DNA from: Ignavibacteriota bacterium
GTDB taxonomy: Bacteria; Bacteroidota; Ignavibacteria; UBA10030; CAVZMI01
Reading direction: 5' to 3'
Length of the DNA: 64,000 nucleotides
Assembly: GCA_963776275.1 (NCBI GenBank)
Contig: CAVZMI010000008.1
Coordinates: 1-64,000, forward strand
Shown: positions 63,053-64,000 of the stretch, in pieces
Layout: the number at the start of each line of letters is the position of its first letter
Position numbering within the stretch: position 1 is the first letter of the stretch
Notes under the pieces: model-generated
Told to the model about the DNA's origin: nothing
The model's database searches: none
The model's input: the letters and a program-made list of their open reading frames with translations, nothing else
Program-made: the position numbers and the translations under genes

Positions 63053-63653
63053 ATCAACGGGCGTTAAGACACGCCGTGACTTTTTCAACCGGGTTGCAAA
63101 AAGCTGGAATGATTCGTTATTGCCTGAGGAAGCTGCCTTCCTCCGGTTTATTATAGACAAAGCAAACATACCCCCGGAGTTAGGCAAAAGAGTTCTCGAC
63201 ATCGGCTGCGGTGTCGGTGTGTTATTTCCATTCTTAGAAGGCTGTGATGTTACAGCACTGGATGTCTCAGAGGAAATGTTAGAACGTGCCCGGCAGAGAC
63301 ACGCACAACATGTTGTGGAATATGTTCAGGGTGATGCACAAGTGCTTCCGTTTCCATCGGAACATTTTGCCAAAGTGGTGATGCTTGCCGTCTATCCGCA
63401 CTTCGATGATCCGATGAAAGCGATGCAGGAAATATTCCGTGTGCTGAAACCCGGCGGCGTGGTCGCACTTATTCATTTGAAAGACGCTGCAACGGTGAAT
63501 CACATTCACGCATCCATTGGAGGAGCGATTGCCAACGACCGCCTGCCGGATGCAGGAGAACTCCAGACAATTCTGTATAAAGCAGGATTTGAAATATGCT
63601 ATTCCGAATTCGATGGGCGTGTTGCAGTGATTTGCCGAAAACCGAAAAATTAA
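63042..63653 (+). CDS. Class I SAM-dependent methyltransferase
   Basis: FFNRVAKSW, VLDIGCGVG, YPHF, LKPGG. Confidence 0.9.
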   Translation: MAAESTGVKTRRDFFNRVAKSWNDSLLPEEAAFLRFIIDKANIPPELGKRVLDIGCGVGVLFPFLEGCDVTALDVSEEMLERARQRHAQHVVEYVQGDAQVLPFPSEHFAKVVMLAVYPHFDDPMKAMQEIFRVLKPGGVVALIHLKDAATVNHIHASIGGAIANDRLPDAGELQTILYKAGFEICYSEFDGRVAVICRKPKN

Positions 63654-64000
63654 ATCTTTGTCATCCTGGATGATAGTTACTTGCTGGTGCGTGTACCATA
63701 TCCACAACCAATTTCGACTATATGATCAACAACGCTCATTATGTTTAGCCAATCTACAATACTTGAATTATTGAATAGACTATTCCGGTAATGTTGTCCA
63801 AACTGTTGTTGACGCGAGCCGTGTCTAATGAACATTTTCACATTTATCGATCATAATATTATTAAAGAGACAACCACTGAGGACAGTATTATCCAGATTG
63901 GGTCTATCCTAAATTTTATCAAAGCTATTGATGATAAAATAAAAATTGCCCAAGTCTGCCAGTTAAAAAGAGAGGTAATTCCAAAGCTTATTGTGATAGA

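Noticed and set aside
63828-64000. ORF starting at the window end
   Set aside because: Too short and truncated to assign

Overview
Bacterial chromosomal window, most likely from an Ignavibacteria-type (FCB group) organism. This is inferred from T9SS C-terminal domains with the (Q/D)N(Y/F)PNPFNP motif and from gene order. (1) 1-18 kb is an accessory region of co-oriented minus-strand genes, mostly lipoproteins or secreted proteins. They are separated by integron attC-like sites with no integrase in the window. A 106-bp promoter-containing element occurs twice, and the region includes a TPR-CHAT protease locus and a hemopexin/agglutinin-C cysteine-protease fusion. (2) 19-33 kb has an orphan higA, lepA-lepB-lepB-hemW, a disrupted DUF2723 gene, a methyltransferase, a GT9, a LOG-family gene and a TonB-type outer membrane protein. 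(3) 33-39 kb is an AT-rich island of secreted proteins. (4) 39-55 kb holds a kdsA-kdsC-kdsD-lptC-lptA-lptB-aroF-tyrA-ispE operon, preceded by an unannotated aromatic-rich leader peptide and attenuator, then two PAP2 genes and an hrcA-grpE-dnaJ-comEA-pilM-rsmD-coaD operon. (5) 55-64 kb has a small GIY-YIG nuclease beside palindromic repeats, nadA, a GT4, DUF134/NifX-like genes, and nikR followed by a TonB receptor, an ECF-like S component and a methyltransferase. Intergenic DNA is rich in nested palindromic repeats that share a TC-bulged stem. No rRNA, tRNA or CRISPR array was found. All calls were made by eye from motifs; no database searches were run.
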